Source of the DNA: Octopus vulgaris
Lineage: Eukaryota
Assembly: GCA_951406725.2 (NCBI GenBank)
Contig: OX597825.1
Coordinates: 60,822,001-60,886,000 of the forward strand
Direction of reading: 5' to 3'
Length of the DNA stretch: 64,000 nucleotides
The number at the start of each line of letters is the position of its first letter. The first letter of the stretch is position 1. Of this stretch, positions 49,777-64,000 are shown piece by piece. The translations under genes and the position numbers were made by a program. Under the pieces are notes generated by a model. It was given only the letters and a program-made list of their open reading frames with translations, made no database searches and was not told the origin of the DNA.

Positions 49777-50193
49777 ACTGGAGTCTATTTCTTCAACTAA
49801 AACCTTCCAGTCGGCGCTCCAGAATAGCTGCAGTCCAATGACTGCAGCAAGTATAAGATAAAAGATAAAAAGCTGTGGTTGTTACCGATTTCCAAGCAGA
49901 GTTACTTTTTCCTTTTCGTTTAATATGAGAGACTATATAATTCAATACCGTAGTATCTCTCTGTTAACATGGAAAGAATTTATGATAGATTTAAACAGGG
50001 CTACATTCAAAACTACAAGATTAATTATTGTCACAAGAGTAAGAAGTACTAACACAGAGAGTGTAAAAGACTGAAATGTCTGACAGAGTTTGAGCTACGT
50101 AGAAAGGGGAAGTTTGTAAAATACTAAAAAAATTAGTGAGGCTAAGAGCTAGATATCATTACGATATATATTCTAATATTTTGACCAAATATA

Positions 50194-51005
50194 AGGCAGC
50201 GAGCTGGCAGAATCGTTAGCACGCCGGGCGAAATGCTTAGCGGTATTTTGTCTGCCGTTACGTTCTGAGTTCAAATTCCATCGTGGTCGACTTTGCGTTT
50301 CATCCTTTCGGGGTCGATTAAATAAGTACCAGTTACGCACTGGGGTCGATATAATCGACTTAATCCGTTTGTCTCTCCTTGTTTGTCTCCTCTGTGTTTA
50401 GCCCCTTGTGGGTAGTAAAGAAATGGGTATTTCGTCTGCCGAGGTCGACTTTGCCTTTCATCCTTTCGTGGTCGATAAATTAAGTACCAGTTGCATACTG
50501 GCGTCGATCGAATCGATTGGTCCCCCCCCCACCAAAATTTCGGTCCTTGTGCCTAGAGTAGAAAAGAATCGTTAGCACGCCGAGCAAAATGCTTGGTAGC
50601 ATTTCGTACGTCTTTACATCCTGAGGGCAAGTTCCACCGAGATCCACTTTGCCTTTCATTCTTTCGGATGGATAAAATAAATACCAGTTGAACACGGGAG
50701 GAGGGCAATGTAATTGATCAGCTTCCAACCCCAAAACTTCTGGTCTTGTGCTAAAATTTGAAACCAGTATTGTGACTGACCATTAGGCAGGGCAGCTGGC
50801 AGAATCGTTAACACACCGGGCAAAATACTTAGCGGCATTTCGTCTCTCTACGTTCTGAGTTGAGATTCCGCCGATGTCAACTTTGCATTTCATCATTCAG
50901 GGTCTATAAAATAAGTACCAGCTAAATACTGGGGTAGTTGTAATTGATTGACCTCCCCACTCCCGCCTCCGATCTTACTGACCTTGTGCTAAGAAGTGGA
51001 AACAA
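50194..51005 (+). mobile_element. Three consecutive SINE family B copies
   Basis: Starts at about 50194, 50566 and 50785. Confidence 0.85.
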
Positions 51006-51476
51006 TATTTTGACCGACCATAACACTGTGACAATTCTTCTTTATGACTATATTTCGCAACATTAATCCGTTTAGAACGAAAGAACGATACAATTTTTAT
51101 TTCATTATTCATCTCTAAAAATCGCTGGAACATCTGACCCTAGCAACACGAGATCCTATAAATCCAAGATACATCATTATCCATCTCTTTAAGTATATAT
51201 TTTTTGATATACAGGAAGTTATTGTTTTTTTTTAAGCTATATTTCTCTAAAACACATCGTTACACATAACATTTGAATATCACCGACTTTGTATATTTAT
51301 GTGCGGGCAAAAACGGTGTTGTACATTATATGTATTCGGAGGTGTATTAATTTCTAGCCATTTATGTAGGTATATATGCCGGTATACGTACATTCATACA
51401 CATACATATATACATAAATATACATACGTATGCATATGTGCATATGTGTATATATATTTATCAATATCAACATCTA

Positions 51477-51547
<71 letters not shown>

Positions 51548-51550
51548 ATG

Positions 51551-51584
<34 letters not shown>

Positions 51585-51767
51585 TATATGTATGTGTGTG
51601 TTTGTGCGTGCGTGTATAAGTATATGTGTGTATATATACATAGACACATATGCACATTTTGATGTATAGAAATATATGTATACATACAATCGCAAATATA
51701 TAACGCGTATGATATAAGTAAATTTATAATCTAATATATACATTATACGAATGTATGCAAGCGTATG

Positions 51768-51837
<70 letters not shown>

Positions 51838-52137
51838 TATATGTGTGCGTGTGTGTGTATGTGTACTCATATAGGTGTATATGAATAATACTTGCACATA
51901 TATGTATGAGCCTGTATGGACATATGCCTGTGTTTTTCTCCTTATGTATGTATACGTGTGTGTGTATATATATGTAAATGAACAAGTGAAAGGATGTGGT
52001 GATATTAAATTTTATCACTTTAATTTCAAGGGAAATTGCTTCAAGTCATTGAAGCGTGAAAATTTACCACTCAGTCTACAATTTTTCCTTCCGTTCAATG
52101 ATTCACACCACACATCAGCTGTTCTTGACTACACACG

Positions 52138-52202
52138 CGCACACATACGGACACAGAGGCGCGTCCGCACACATACGGACACAGAGGCGCGTCCGCACAC
52201 AC
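52138..52202. repeat. 28-bp GC-rich tandem repeat, ~2.3 copies
   Basis: CGCACACATACGGACACAGAGGCGCGTC repeated exactly. Confidence 0.92.
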
Positions 52203-52246
52203 AAACGCGCAATATATATATAGAGGTAGACACTTACATAGATAAT

Positions 52247-52289
<43 letters not shown>

Positions 52290-52301
<12 letters not shown>

Positions 52302-52569
52302 ATCTATGTACATAGATGTATACATATATACATATATTTACATTTATATACAAATATGCATTTATATATAATGATATATATAAATATATACATTTACACA
52401 CACACACACACGCACATAGATTTATGTATGTGTGTGTGTATCTATGTACATAAATATATACATATATACATATATTTACATTTATATACAAATATGTATT
52501 TATATATAATGATATATATATATAAATATATACATTTACACACGCACATAGATTTATGTATGTGTGTGC

Positions 52570-52570
<1 letters not shown>
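52290..52570. repeat. ~138-bp tandem duplication of TA-rich sequence
   Basis: ATCTATGTACATA...CGCACATAGATTTATGTATGTGTGTG occurs twice. Confidence 0.85.
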
Positions 52571-52615
<45 letters not shown>

Positions 52616-52673
52616 ACTCAAATATTTACATATAGGTAAACAGACACACATGTACATAATGATATGTGTGTGT

Positions 52674-52720
<47 letters not shown>

Positions 52721-53034
52721 CACGCACTGATGCAGACGCAGATAGGCACATACAGGCATGGCCTATTGGTCAGAGTTTCGATTTCCACACGAGGCTCTGT
52801 TTGTGGTCTTCTGCAAAGCATTAAATTTTGCGCTCCTTCAGTGCACCCCGGATAAAATGTACGGCAGAAATAGAGCGCCGATGACCTGGCATCTCTTCAG
52901 TCCTCCATACGGCATGAAAGTCGCTGTAAGTTCTGGCTTCCGTAATTTCTTGACTCTGAGTCATATACATATGCGTACGTTCGTGTATGAATGCATATAT
53001 CTAAGTATGTATTTATGTACGTATATATGCGTGT

Positions 53035-53300
53035 GGAGGCGCGTGGCCTAGCGATTAGGTTGTTGCACTCACGATCGCTAGAGCGTGGGTTCGACTCCAA
53101 ATCTGGTAGCACGTTGTGTTCTTGAGCAAAACGCCACACTTCACGTTACTTCAGTCACCCTTTCGATCAGTGGGGAATGTTGGCTTACTCACCGTGCCAG
53201 CGAAATGGCATCATTCGAAGACAAATGATGCAATGTGCATTATGACCAGCGATGTGTAACAAAATTTGATAATGTGGTCGATCACGGGATTACATGATCT
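53035..53300 (+). mobile_element. SINE family C (tail variant 3), diverged
   Basis: GGAGGCGCGTGGCCTAGCGATTAGG...GGGTTCGACTCC...TGTGTTCTTGAGCAAAAC. Confidence 0.78.
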
Positions 53301-53706
53301 GTATGTGCGTGTACATATATATACACACATCTGCCATAAATGGAGGAGCGGTGACGAGTGACAATTCTATAAATAAGAATAATATTTATAAGCTGAAAGG
53401 TTATAAGCGATTAGGCTACTGTTAGGGAAAAATCCACTTATGAGGCTTTCGTCGGCCCGAGGCTATAATAGAAGACAGTTGCCCAAGTTGCCACGCAGTG
53501 GGACTGAACACAGAACAATGTTGTTGGGAACCAAATTTCTTACCACAAAGCCACTCCTAAAGTTGTTAGAAGAAAATTCTTGATGCGGTCACATTAGCAT
53601 AATCCTGATAGGAAGAAATTTCTGTTTAAGCGCTTTTGAGATGCACATTTCATAAGACATATGTACGTGCGTGTATGTGTGAGTGAGTATGTGTATGTAT
53701 ATATGC

Positions 53707-53771
<65 letters not shown>

Positions 53772-53777
53772 TATATG

Positions 53778-53815
<38 letters not shown>

Positions 53816-53887
53816 CATATATATGTATATATATATATGTATATACATATATATATGTATATACATATATATGTATATGTATATATG

Positions 53888-53987
<100 letters not shown>

Positions 53988-54726
53988 GTCTGTGTATATA
54001 TACACATATATGCATATATGGAGGGAAAGGCGAAGTGAAGGCGAAGTGAAGGCGAAGTTGTGAAGTGGAAGCATTGAAATGTTAGCTTTTTCAGTCGGAG
54101 TCCACGACATGGCGTAAAATATTTACTGCAATGCTCGACAAATTCTGGTCCATAACATCTTGCGTGCTTATTGAAGAATGCTAACATGAGTTAGCTTGCA
54201 GCAGTCATCCCCAGTATCACCACTACAACAACGGCCACTTAAGACGTCTCTACCTTTGAATATATCTACTAGCAACGGCAGCTATATCTTCAAGTCTCAT
54301 TTCTATTGCCTTAAAAACCAAGGAGGGACAGGTTATTGTGGCCATTGTAGATCTCGTCTCATTCAGGTGTCCTGAATTTAAAAGACAACGGCCACACATG
54401 CAGCATTATCGCCACCACCCAGGCGGCTTTATTCCTCTGTCTAATTCACCTTTTCCATCTCACCCTCATTTCATTTTCTTCTGTCTTATCGCTTTCTTTC
54501 TTTGTTCTTCTCGTCTGCATCTTATTTCTGTACATATTCTTCCATTCCTCTCACACTCTCTCTCCTTTATTATATATGTGTGCGTATATTTATACATGTA
54601 TATACTTATATACATACATATGACTATGTGTATATGTACGTACGTATGTATGTATGTATGTATGTATGTATGTATGTATGTATGTATGAATGTATGTATG
54701 TATCTATGTATCTATCTATCTATATA

Positions 54727-54761
<35 letters not shown>

Positions 54762-54769
54762 GTTTGTGT

Positions 54770-54804
<35 letters not shown>

Positions 54805-54930
54805 CTCCCATCTCTGTATATAAACATCTTTATATATATATCCCAATTTTTCTATAAATTTCATTCTCATTCTCTTTCACCCACTTTCGTTTTCCAACTC
54901 TCTTTCTCACACATTATACACACACACACA

Positions 54931-54972
<42 letters not shown>

Positions 54973-55677
54973 TCAGTTTTTGCTCATCACTTCTTTGCTC
55001 TGGATGTTGCTTCCTTATCCCCCCCTTCTTTCTCTACCTTTGTATTTTTTCTTCTTTATTTTTCATTTACTATTGATGTTCTTTCTTTACATATTTTTTC
55101 CCACTTCACCAACCGTAACACCATGCTCGCCCCCTTCGTTACTTTATTTTCCCCATCCTTCAATTCACTAGTACCCGTAACAACCAAGCCACGACTAACA
55201 ATAGAACTATATCTATGTACAAGCCAGAGGATTTATCAATAGCTAACAGAACTCCCACAGAACATGACGTCGTTCGCCTCTGTTTGCTTCTATACAAAAT
55301 GGCGCCATGTAAAGCTAGCGTATTATTCTGCTTCACTGATGTCAGTCGATTGACCTTTTAGCTAATGTTCCGATTGACTTTAAGATTAGTGATCAGGGAT
55401 ATTTAAGTATTTGTGTGTCTGCATGTATGTGTATGAGGGCATATAGCTAAATGTGTAAACATAGCAGCGTATATACCATACAACACACACGCACACACAT
55501 GAAATGCATATATACTTACATATATACTTACGTATATGATGTAATATTTTCAAAAAAATGTATGAAAAAATCATTAAAATAACAAAAATACAGAAAAGAT
55601 ATTTCGCAACGCTCATAAATATACTCAAACACTTATGCAGACGCACGCATGCATGCGCGCAAATCAAAAGCATATAA

Positions 55678-55740
<63 letters not shown>

Positions 55741-56017
55741 CATACATACATACATATAGATATACACACACACACACACACATATATATGTGCGAGTGTA
55801 TAAGAGTATATGTGTGCGCACGTACCTATGGTTCTGAGTGTGTGCATGTATATAGATATACGCAAACATATTACGCCTATATATGCATATATATATGAAC
55901 GGTATATATTTTTTGTTGTTAACTCTATCTTTCTAGCTCTTCATAAACAAGCATGCACACGCACACTCGCACTTAAATACGTTGTGTACACACATGCATG
56001 CTTACGTACATACATAC

Positions 56018-56107
<90 letters not shown>

Positions 56108-56109
56108 TA

Positions 56110-56161
<52 letters not shown>

Positions 56162-56181
56162 TGTGCGTGTGAGTATATATA

Positions 56182-56243
<62 letters not shown>

Positions 56244-56284
56244 AATATTTATCTATATATATATCTATATATATATATTTGTGC

Positions 56285-56432
<148 letters not shown>

Positions 56433-57799
56433 AAACATGCCTACAAACATTCTACGTGTTTTGTGTTCACTCAATGTCTGAAAATGAAAATCTTTGTTCA
56501 TAGATCTTTCGGATCAGAAGAGTGATATGGTTCATTGAAAGCGTTCTGGCTAATATGCCGCTTGTCCAGTTGGAAGTTATATTCTGAGCAGGAACATATG
56601 AGAGAGAGAGAATGAACTTCAATTCATCGCGCTTTGTTGAAAAGAGCACTGGCGAATCATATTTACCATGAAGATAAGGAGAAGAAACAGTATTTCAAGG
56701 AAAATAATAAACAAAACAAAAATGAATACATAAATAAATGAATAAAAGATGCAGCATCAATAGGTGGATTGAAGTGGCAGATTTAAGTTGCAGGTTGCGA
56801 GATTTGAAGATCAGAGTTCATTAAAAAATCAGTAGAAGAGATGTAGGGGAGACACAACGCAACGATGATTCAAAGAGAGGTGTTTTTTTACTGCTTTTTT
56901 TTTCTGTAAGAATATATTTAACGATCAAGTAGATTTGTCGCCGTTGTCGTCGTTGTTATTATTGTAGTTTAGCTTGTGACCAACTTTGATCAAGTAGAAG
57001 TCTTCTTTAGTGTAAAGCATGCAGTTACTATGGTAGTTGTTCTTGTTTAGTGTTGATGTTGTCGCGTTATTTTGCTCGAAACCAGCTTTCTCCGATTGTG
57101 GAGATCTATGATGAAAGACATGGCAGCCGTTACAATTTCATCCCACCCTCTAAACAGTACGTTTAGGACTTCAACGTCGAACATGCCCTTCCTTCTTTTA
57201 AAACAAAGGATATTATTGAAGGGGATTTGGCTGTTAAGTCCAGCAGGGCAACGAACCATATAATTTTCATGGGATCATTGGACATACAATCAGAGACCAG
57301 CGAAGAATTGAATTGCTCTTTCCCGTGTATAGGAGCAGTACACAATACTGGGATACTTTTAAGGGGCTCGTAAATAACTCAGTAATGGTTCAAGTAAAGC
57401 ATTTTTGCTACTATTTAGTCAGTGATAGAAGGGCAATATTCATGTCCTCCATTGTCTTTCTTTTACGTTCTTTTTTTCAGGGTTTTGCAAACTGGTGACT
57501 CTAAATCAGAAGGTTATTGTTAACCGGAGACGTGGCTCAAATGCTTGCAAAAGGAAGACAAGCAACAGGTGTTTGTGTTAATTTGGGTGAAACATATGAA
57601 TACAATACTTGAAGATGTTTCAACAAAATTTTTTTTTTTCCGAGCAAAACCATTACACACGTTCTGTCCAAACCTATCCGTCTATCTCTACCTAATCTTT
57701 CTCTGTCTTTCTTCCTTTTTTCTTTCTTTCTCTCACGGTCTGTCTGCCTGTATCCCCTTAACTCAGTATAATATGATATGGGTCTCAGTTTCTAGCACA

Positions 57800-58215
57800 T
57801 AGCCTGCAATTTCGGGGTAGGCGGAAAGTTAATTCTATCTACATCAGTGTCCCACTAGTATCTATTTTATTGACCACGAAAGATGAAAGACAAATTAGTC
57901 CTTGGCGGAATTTGAACTCAAAACATAAAGACAAACGAAATGCCGCCAGGTATTTTGCCCAGCATGCTAACGATTCTGTCAGCTCACCGCCTTATATTAT
58001 CCTTTCTACTATAGGCACAAGGCCTGAAATTTTGGGGAGGGGGCAAGTCGATTATATCGACCGCAGTGCGTAACTTGTACTTATTTCATTGACCTCGAAA
58101 GAAAGAAAGGTAAAATCAACCTTGGGGTAATTTGAACTCAGAAAGTAAGAACGGACGAAATACCGCTGAAGATTTTGACCGGAGTGTTAACGATTCTGCC
58201 AGCTCGCAGCCTTAT
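57800..58215 (-). mobile_element. Two diverged SINE family B copies
   Basis: Family motifs at 57800-57995 and 58000-58215. Confidence 0.82.
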
Positions 58216-59737
58216 AATGTGAATTAATATTGGATCATATTTCTATTCGAATATTCACACGCAAATTTATTCGTTTCATTCACTTTTACATCCGTTTTTC
58301 CATGCTTACATGGGTTTTGACCGGTTGATCCTTTGTGTTTGAGACATTCCAATACGGTATGACCTGTCCAACCAACTAAAATCACTGAGGCTAAATGTAA
58401 AGAGTTGAATCCAAGCAAACAGTTGAGGATGTATACCATTAACAATTGATCAAATGAAGAATTAATAAAAGGTCGGTATCTTAAATTGCGGTGAAGACTG
58501 GAAATTTATAACTTTTCGTGATCATACAGAACAAAGAATAGAGAAAAATGAAGGCGTGGTTGGACATTGGTCCGTCTGTTGGCAGTAAATGGAGTGGGAA
58601 GACGCAGTGGAGGAAAGATGTTGTTACTATGTTTATCATCTGTCGGTGGTAACTCACCAAATCTGCGAATACAATCCGATATATCACGAGCTACGCTTTA
58701 CAATAACTAACGAAACTAAAGACACACATATGCACACACAGAAATACACACGTATATATGTATATGTAAGTGTATATATTTTATACATATATGTATATGT
58801 GTATATAAATAATGTGCACATATATACGTATTAATGTGTGTAAGCATGCTTGTAGGCATGCGTACGAATGTATGTATACATGTATGTATATACGCGCATA
58901 CATTCATTTATATTCCATCTTTCCTTCCCACACACACCTTGTCTCACTTTCTTCTCATTTATATCTACCAAAGGAATAAATTTTATGGAATAACAATAGA
59001 ACAATTGGGCTCACAATGAGCTTTGCCATTACATTGCTTCAATTTCCGGTTGACTTTGTTTCAATTCTTGTACTGGAAGATAAACCAACAACATTATCTA
59101 CAACACATACAAGACTTCCTGAAGTTTCTGTATATACCATTTTCCGAAGCAAACCTTTCTCTATTTTCTTGAAAAGTCTCTATTTCGTTAATCTATCACC
59201 ACCAATCATTTAAGGACTTAGCAATATCATTTATATTTTGTTTTCGAATCTCATCAACAACTCTTCAGCTATCAAAAGAGAGCTATTCAAACTCTCTGTG
59301 TTATGTAAATGTCTATTTTATGAGGTAGGTGTATTTATTAATTGATTGTTATTTACTTCTCACTTTCTCTCGTGCTAGTAATCTATCTCGCATCCCCACT
59401 TTACGTACGTCCTCTTTTCTAGCACTTTTAATCATAACACCAATCACTCTCCCCTTCTCTCTATCTCTCCTTTCTCTTTTAATACGTTTATTGCTATTAT
59501 CTTTAATATTTCATTCTAAAGATCGCTCTTCTATCATATGTACACACACTCTAAAAAGAATTTTATGGCTACCGTGTAAGACTGTGAAATATATTGCTCA
59601 CGTGACCTTACATTTAATTAAGGAACAAAATAGCGTCCATTTATACTCACACAAACACACAAAGAGCTACACAAAAATATCGTACATAGAAAGTGACACG
59701 CTCACACACTAATAGACTTACATAAATACACGTTCAT

Positions 59738-60245
59738 ACATACTCGCATAATGTATATATACAAACACATCAAACATATCTACACACGCATACACATATG
59801 GGCAGATGGAAATATATGTAAGCATGGATTGAAATATATATTATTTGTGGAAGAGTGTGTATATACATATATATATATATATATGTGTGTGTGTATGCGT
59901 ATACATATATGTATATGTGTATATAAGTATGTGTATGAATATATGCGCGTATACACACACACATATATGTCTATATATAGATATACATACACACACTCAT
60001 GCATACTCGCATAATATATATATACAAACACATCTACACACACGCATGCACATATGGGCAGATGGAAATATATGTAAGTATGGATTGAAATATATATGTA
60101 TCATGTATGGATGAGTGTGTATATATGTGTGTGTGTGTGCGTATATATATATGTGTGTGTATATAAGTATGTGTATGAATATGTGTGCGTATACACACAC
60201 ATATATATATGCATGTATATAGATACACATACACACTCATATATG
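59738..60245. repeat. ~264-bp tandem duplication
   Basis: CATACTCGCATAAT...CACATATGGGCAGATGGAAATATATGTAAG.ATGGATTGAAATATATA starts at about 59738 and 60002. Confidence 0.88.
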
Positions 60246-60881
60246 TAGACATGCATAAGTACATATGTATTTTAGCGTTCTAAAGGTGCGTGATGGTGTG
60301 CGTTTGCGTGTTGATCAGAAATTATTATATTTAATATTCAAGATCATAATTGAATATTGAAATATATCAAGTAAACGGAAATCAAGAATGATAAGCAGTT
60401 AATGGATTTCTCATAAAATGCAAACATCGGGTTTTGTGGGGATGAGAACATATGATGTTACGACACATGAAAGCATCTACCTTCAGGTACCGGAAGTGAA
60501 ACAACTTTAAACGGAAATTGAAACAATGTGAAGGCACAGCTAGTTCTGACCCCAATTGTTCTCCCATACAACTTGCTATATTCCTTAATCAAACATATGT
60601 GGAGAGACAATGAAAGAGGGGAAGAGAGGCTGAAAGACAGAATATAATTGTGTATACGCAGTTGCTTGTATACAATTATATGTGTATATACATATTTCTC
60701 GCTATATGTGTGCATACGCCCCCGCATACAGACGTGTAGCTAGGTATAGGTGTATATACAGATAGATTGATCGATACATCATTGCTGACACATGCGCACA
60801 AGACTCATAATAAGAGTGCTCCTATATGATACGAAAAGTACTGTTAATATATAGAAAGCATGCAAGAGGTTTAGCATATAT

Positions 60882-61255
60882 AGGCGCAAGAGTGTGTTAA
60901 GTAGCTTGCTTACCAACCACTTGGTTCCGGGTTCAGTCCCACTGCGTGGCACCTTGGGCAAGTGTCTTCTACTATAGCCTCGGGCCGACCAAAGCCTTGT
61001 GAGTGGATTTGGTAGACGGAAATTGAAAGAAGCCCGTCGTATATATGTATATATATGTGTATTTGTGTGTCTGTGTTTGTCCCCCCCCCCCCAACATCAC
61101 TTGACAACCGATGCGTGTGTGTTTACGTTCCCGTAATTTAGCGGTTCGGCAAAAGAGACCGATAGAATAGGTACTAGGCTTACAAAGAATAAGTCCTGGG
61201 TTTCATTTGTTCGACTAAAGGCGAATGACTGAAACAAGTAAAAGAGTAAAAGAGT
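60882..61255 (+). mobile_element. SINE family A, full length
   Basis: Family consensus with AGTAAAAG tail. Confidence 0.9.
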
Positions 61256-61344
61256 ATATCATGTGATCTACGTATAAAATGACGTTCACGCTTGCTCACA
61301 CGCATGCGTACGCACATCAGGTTTCTATACACTTATGAAAGCAT

Positions 61345-61805
61345 TCTTTTACTTTGTTTCAGTCATTTTACTGTGGCCATGCTGGATCACCGATTTTAGA
61401 CATGGCCTGTCGACGCTGCCTACGGTCACTCCTGGGCATCTCGTACCAAGACAGAGTGAGAAACAGAGGTGACAAGAAGAGCAGGCATGGAGAGTTTGCA
61501 GGATTCTGTGATTAAGCGGCAGATAGATTTACTGGCCATATATTTTACGTACTGTTTTTAAATGCGGTAATTAATCTTTTGCCGAACTGATAAATATTAC
61601 GGGGGCGTAAGCAAATCAACAATGATTGTCAAGCAGCAGTCACACACACATATACGACTGGCTTTTTTACTTTCCGTCCACCAAATTAACTCACAGGTCA
61701 CTGGTCGGTCCGAGACTATAGTAGAAGACACTTGCCCTAGATGCCACGTAGTAGGCTGAACCCGACACCATGTGATTAAGAAGCAAACTTCTTACCTCAC
61801 AGCAA
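61345..61805 (-). mobile_element. Old SINE family A interrupted by a LINE fragment
   Basis: Tail at 61345-61398; body and head at about 61550-61805. Confidence 0.75.
61411..61546 (+). pseudogene. Non-LTR retrotransposon (RTE-like) ORF2 C-terminal fragment
   Basis: Translates, with two frameshifts, RRCLRSLLGISYQDRVRN/EVTRRAGMESLQDSVIKRQ/RFTGHIF, matching the RCLR.ILGI.W.D.V.NEEV..RAG...R..GHI motif. Confidence 0.72.
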
Positions 61806-61888
61806 CACACATTAACACATAAAATACATAATATATATGTATGTGTATATATATATATATATTTCTAAATTTAATTATTTAATTGTTA

Positions 61889-61925
61889 CAGTTGAAAAGG
61901 TCTCAAATGACCGAAACCGGTATTG
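61889..61925 (+). ncRNA. Minimal type I hammerhead, U3-A8 variant, in a ~115-bp element inside (TA)n
   Basis: CAG-TTGAAAA-GGTC-TCAAAT-GACC-GAAA-CCGG-TA-TTG. Confidence 0.78.
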
Positions 61926-61973
61926 AAATGTTCTTTATAAAATTATTTTAGCATTTTCTATCTTGACTTGTTT

Positions 61974-62020
<47 letters not shown>

Positions 62021-62897
62021 ATATGTATGCATGTACACACACACACGCATATATATAAATATGTATATATAGAGAGAAAGAGAGAAAGAGAAAGAGAGGG
62101 AGGGAGAAACACTATATATATATATATGTAAAACATATATATATATGTGTATGTATAGTGTACAGTCGAGTACAGGGCAGAAAAATGAAATTAAATAAAT
62201 TACGAGGGAATGTGAATGTATGTAATAAATTTCATTAGCTTACAGTCATTTTTTAACCTTTTGCTCTAATTAGAAGCTAGAGCATGAACATAAGTGGGCT
62301 ATGTGGCCTACACAGACGTCTAGTGACTAGTGTGAAGATGATGACTTCACCATCTAGAGAACAACACACATTCAAATCATACTCTTTTCCCTTACGCTTG
62401 TATGTAAGTGTAATCGAAATGGAAATTCTCGAGGCGGTACCTAGATGTGTTATAAGTTGATTCTTACCTAGTTTTCTTCAATTATAAATACATACACATA
62501 CACAAACACACATATACACGTCCATAAGCATGTACACACACAGAGACACACACACATATATGCGTGTGGTGTGTGTGAGACAGTGAGGTAGACGTACATT
62601 TAATTAGTAGATATATGAAAAAATCTTAACCTCTGTTTTAAGTATCTGTATGCGTATAAGATACTGTACGCGTAGGCAGATTGCGACTTTGCTGCACGGT
62701 CTTTGAGAAATCTTAACCAATTCATCTTCAAATCACATTGTGACAGCATCGTTGTTATGGTTTCTACCACTCTACATCTATCTCCATTCTCATGTGTATT
62801 TATACTCTTCATATAGTAGTTATTCATATACCTTTCTGAATCATATAAAAGAATAAAAGCATACATATATATGTATATGTCTCTCATTCTCACCCTG

Positions 62898-63008
<111 letters not shown>

Positions 63009-63520
63009 TACAGGTGAAGTTATTCAGCTAAATAGTCATGTATAGCCATAAGTCAAATAGAATTAGACACCAGAACTCTGAACTGAAATGAAAAAATGAT
63101 TAAAGCAAAACGTGTATTTAGTACAGATATATTTCTATAGTGTCTTGCAGTACTTCTCTTCCTACCATTAGTTTACACATCAAAGTGGAATGTAGTAATA
63201 CAACGAAAGAAAACAATTTTATACAAGAATTTCTAAATTAAATTGAGGTTTAATTCAATAATAAGAAATGTTAGAGATTAAAATTTGAAGGACATTAATT
63301 TCGACGAATTCGTTGCAATATTTTATAGATGCATTAGACGAGATTTTAAGATCATTACCTCTAAGTTGTATATAACTACACACATATACACATATGCCTA
63401 TATGTGTGTATTTGCGTGTGTATGTGTGAGTGTGTGTGAGTGTGTGTGCATATGTATGTAAATATATATGTACATATACGTATATGTATATAAATATATA
63501 TATATATATACATAGGCGTG

Positions 63521-63558
<38 letters not shown>

Positions 63559-63813
63559 ATAATCAAGGATAAAGTCATTAAAAATTAATAATTGTATCAG
63601 TGGCCAGCATATAATAAAAGCCATAGAGGTAAAAATCAATATATGAATATATAATTATGTAGATATAATCATAATTAAGGGCACTTAAGGAACAGCACCT
63701 ATATGCTAGAAATAGACGTCGAATGACACTAAACCACTTTGAATTAGCTCTTTGTTAGCACAAGATTGAATGTGAGGAAAATGGATAAACATGTCGTAAA
63801 ATTATCATAGTTA

Positions 63814-63879
<66 letters not shown>

Positions 63880-63962
63880 TGTGAAAAGGAACACACGTGT
63901 TGAAATTTATGAAAAAGCAAGTAAAGATAGAAAATGCTAAAATAATTTTATAAAGAACATTT

Positions 63963-64000
63963 CAGTACCGGTTTCGGTCATTTTGAGACCTTTTCAACTG
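63963..64000 (-). ncRNA. Minimal type I hammerhead, U3-A8 variant (same family as 61889); the element runs off the window end
   Basis: CAG-TTGAAAA-GGTC-TCAAAAT-GACC-GAAA-CCGG-TA-CTG; 63908-64000 is the inverted homolog of about 61889-61980. Confidence 0.8.

Overview
AT-rich, microsatellite-saturated eukaryotic DNA. The SINE families and repeat density suggest a cephalopod, probably Octopus (inference, not confirmed). I found no host protein-coding gene; almost all ORFs in the track are translations of simple repeats. Supported content: (1) a young, 5'-truncated Penelope-like retroelement (Neptune type, RT plus GIY-YIG, 12.2-14.4 kb) with inverted pseudo-LTRs, each carrying a minimal hammerhead ribozyme (HHR) with a U3-A8 core; (2) at least six further complete-looking type I hammerheads and several remnants, in short non-coding elements of different families (TA-embedded, direct-repeat-flanked or palindromic); (3) a ~6.9 kb satellite of 27-bp monomers with 162-bp, ~0.96-0.99 kb and ~0.53 kb higher-order repeats; (4) about 30 SINE copies of three main modular families; (5) relics of Tc1/mariner, Chapaev3-like, pogo/Tc2-like and RTE-like elements. 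All folds and alignments were done by eye, and the boundaries of degenerate elements are approximate.
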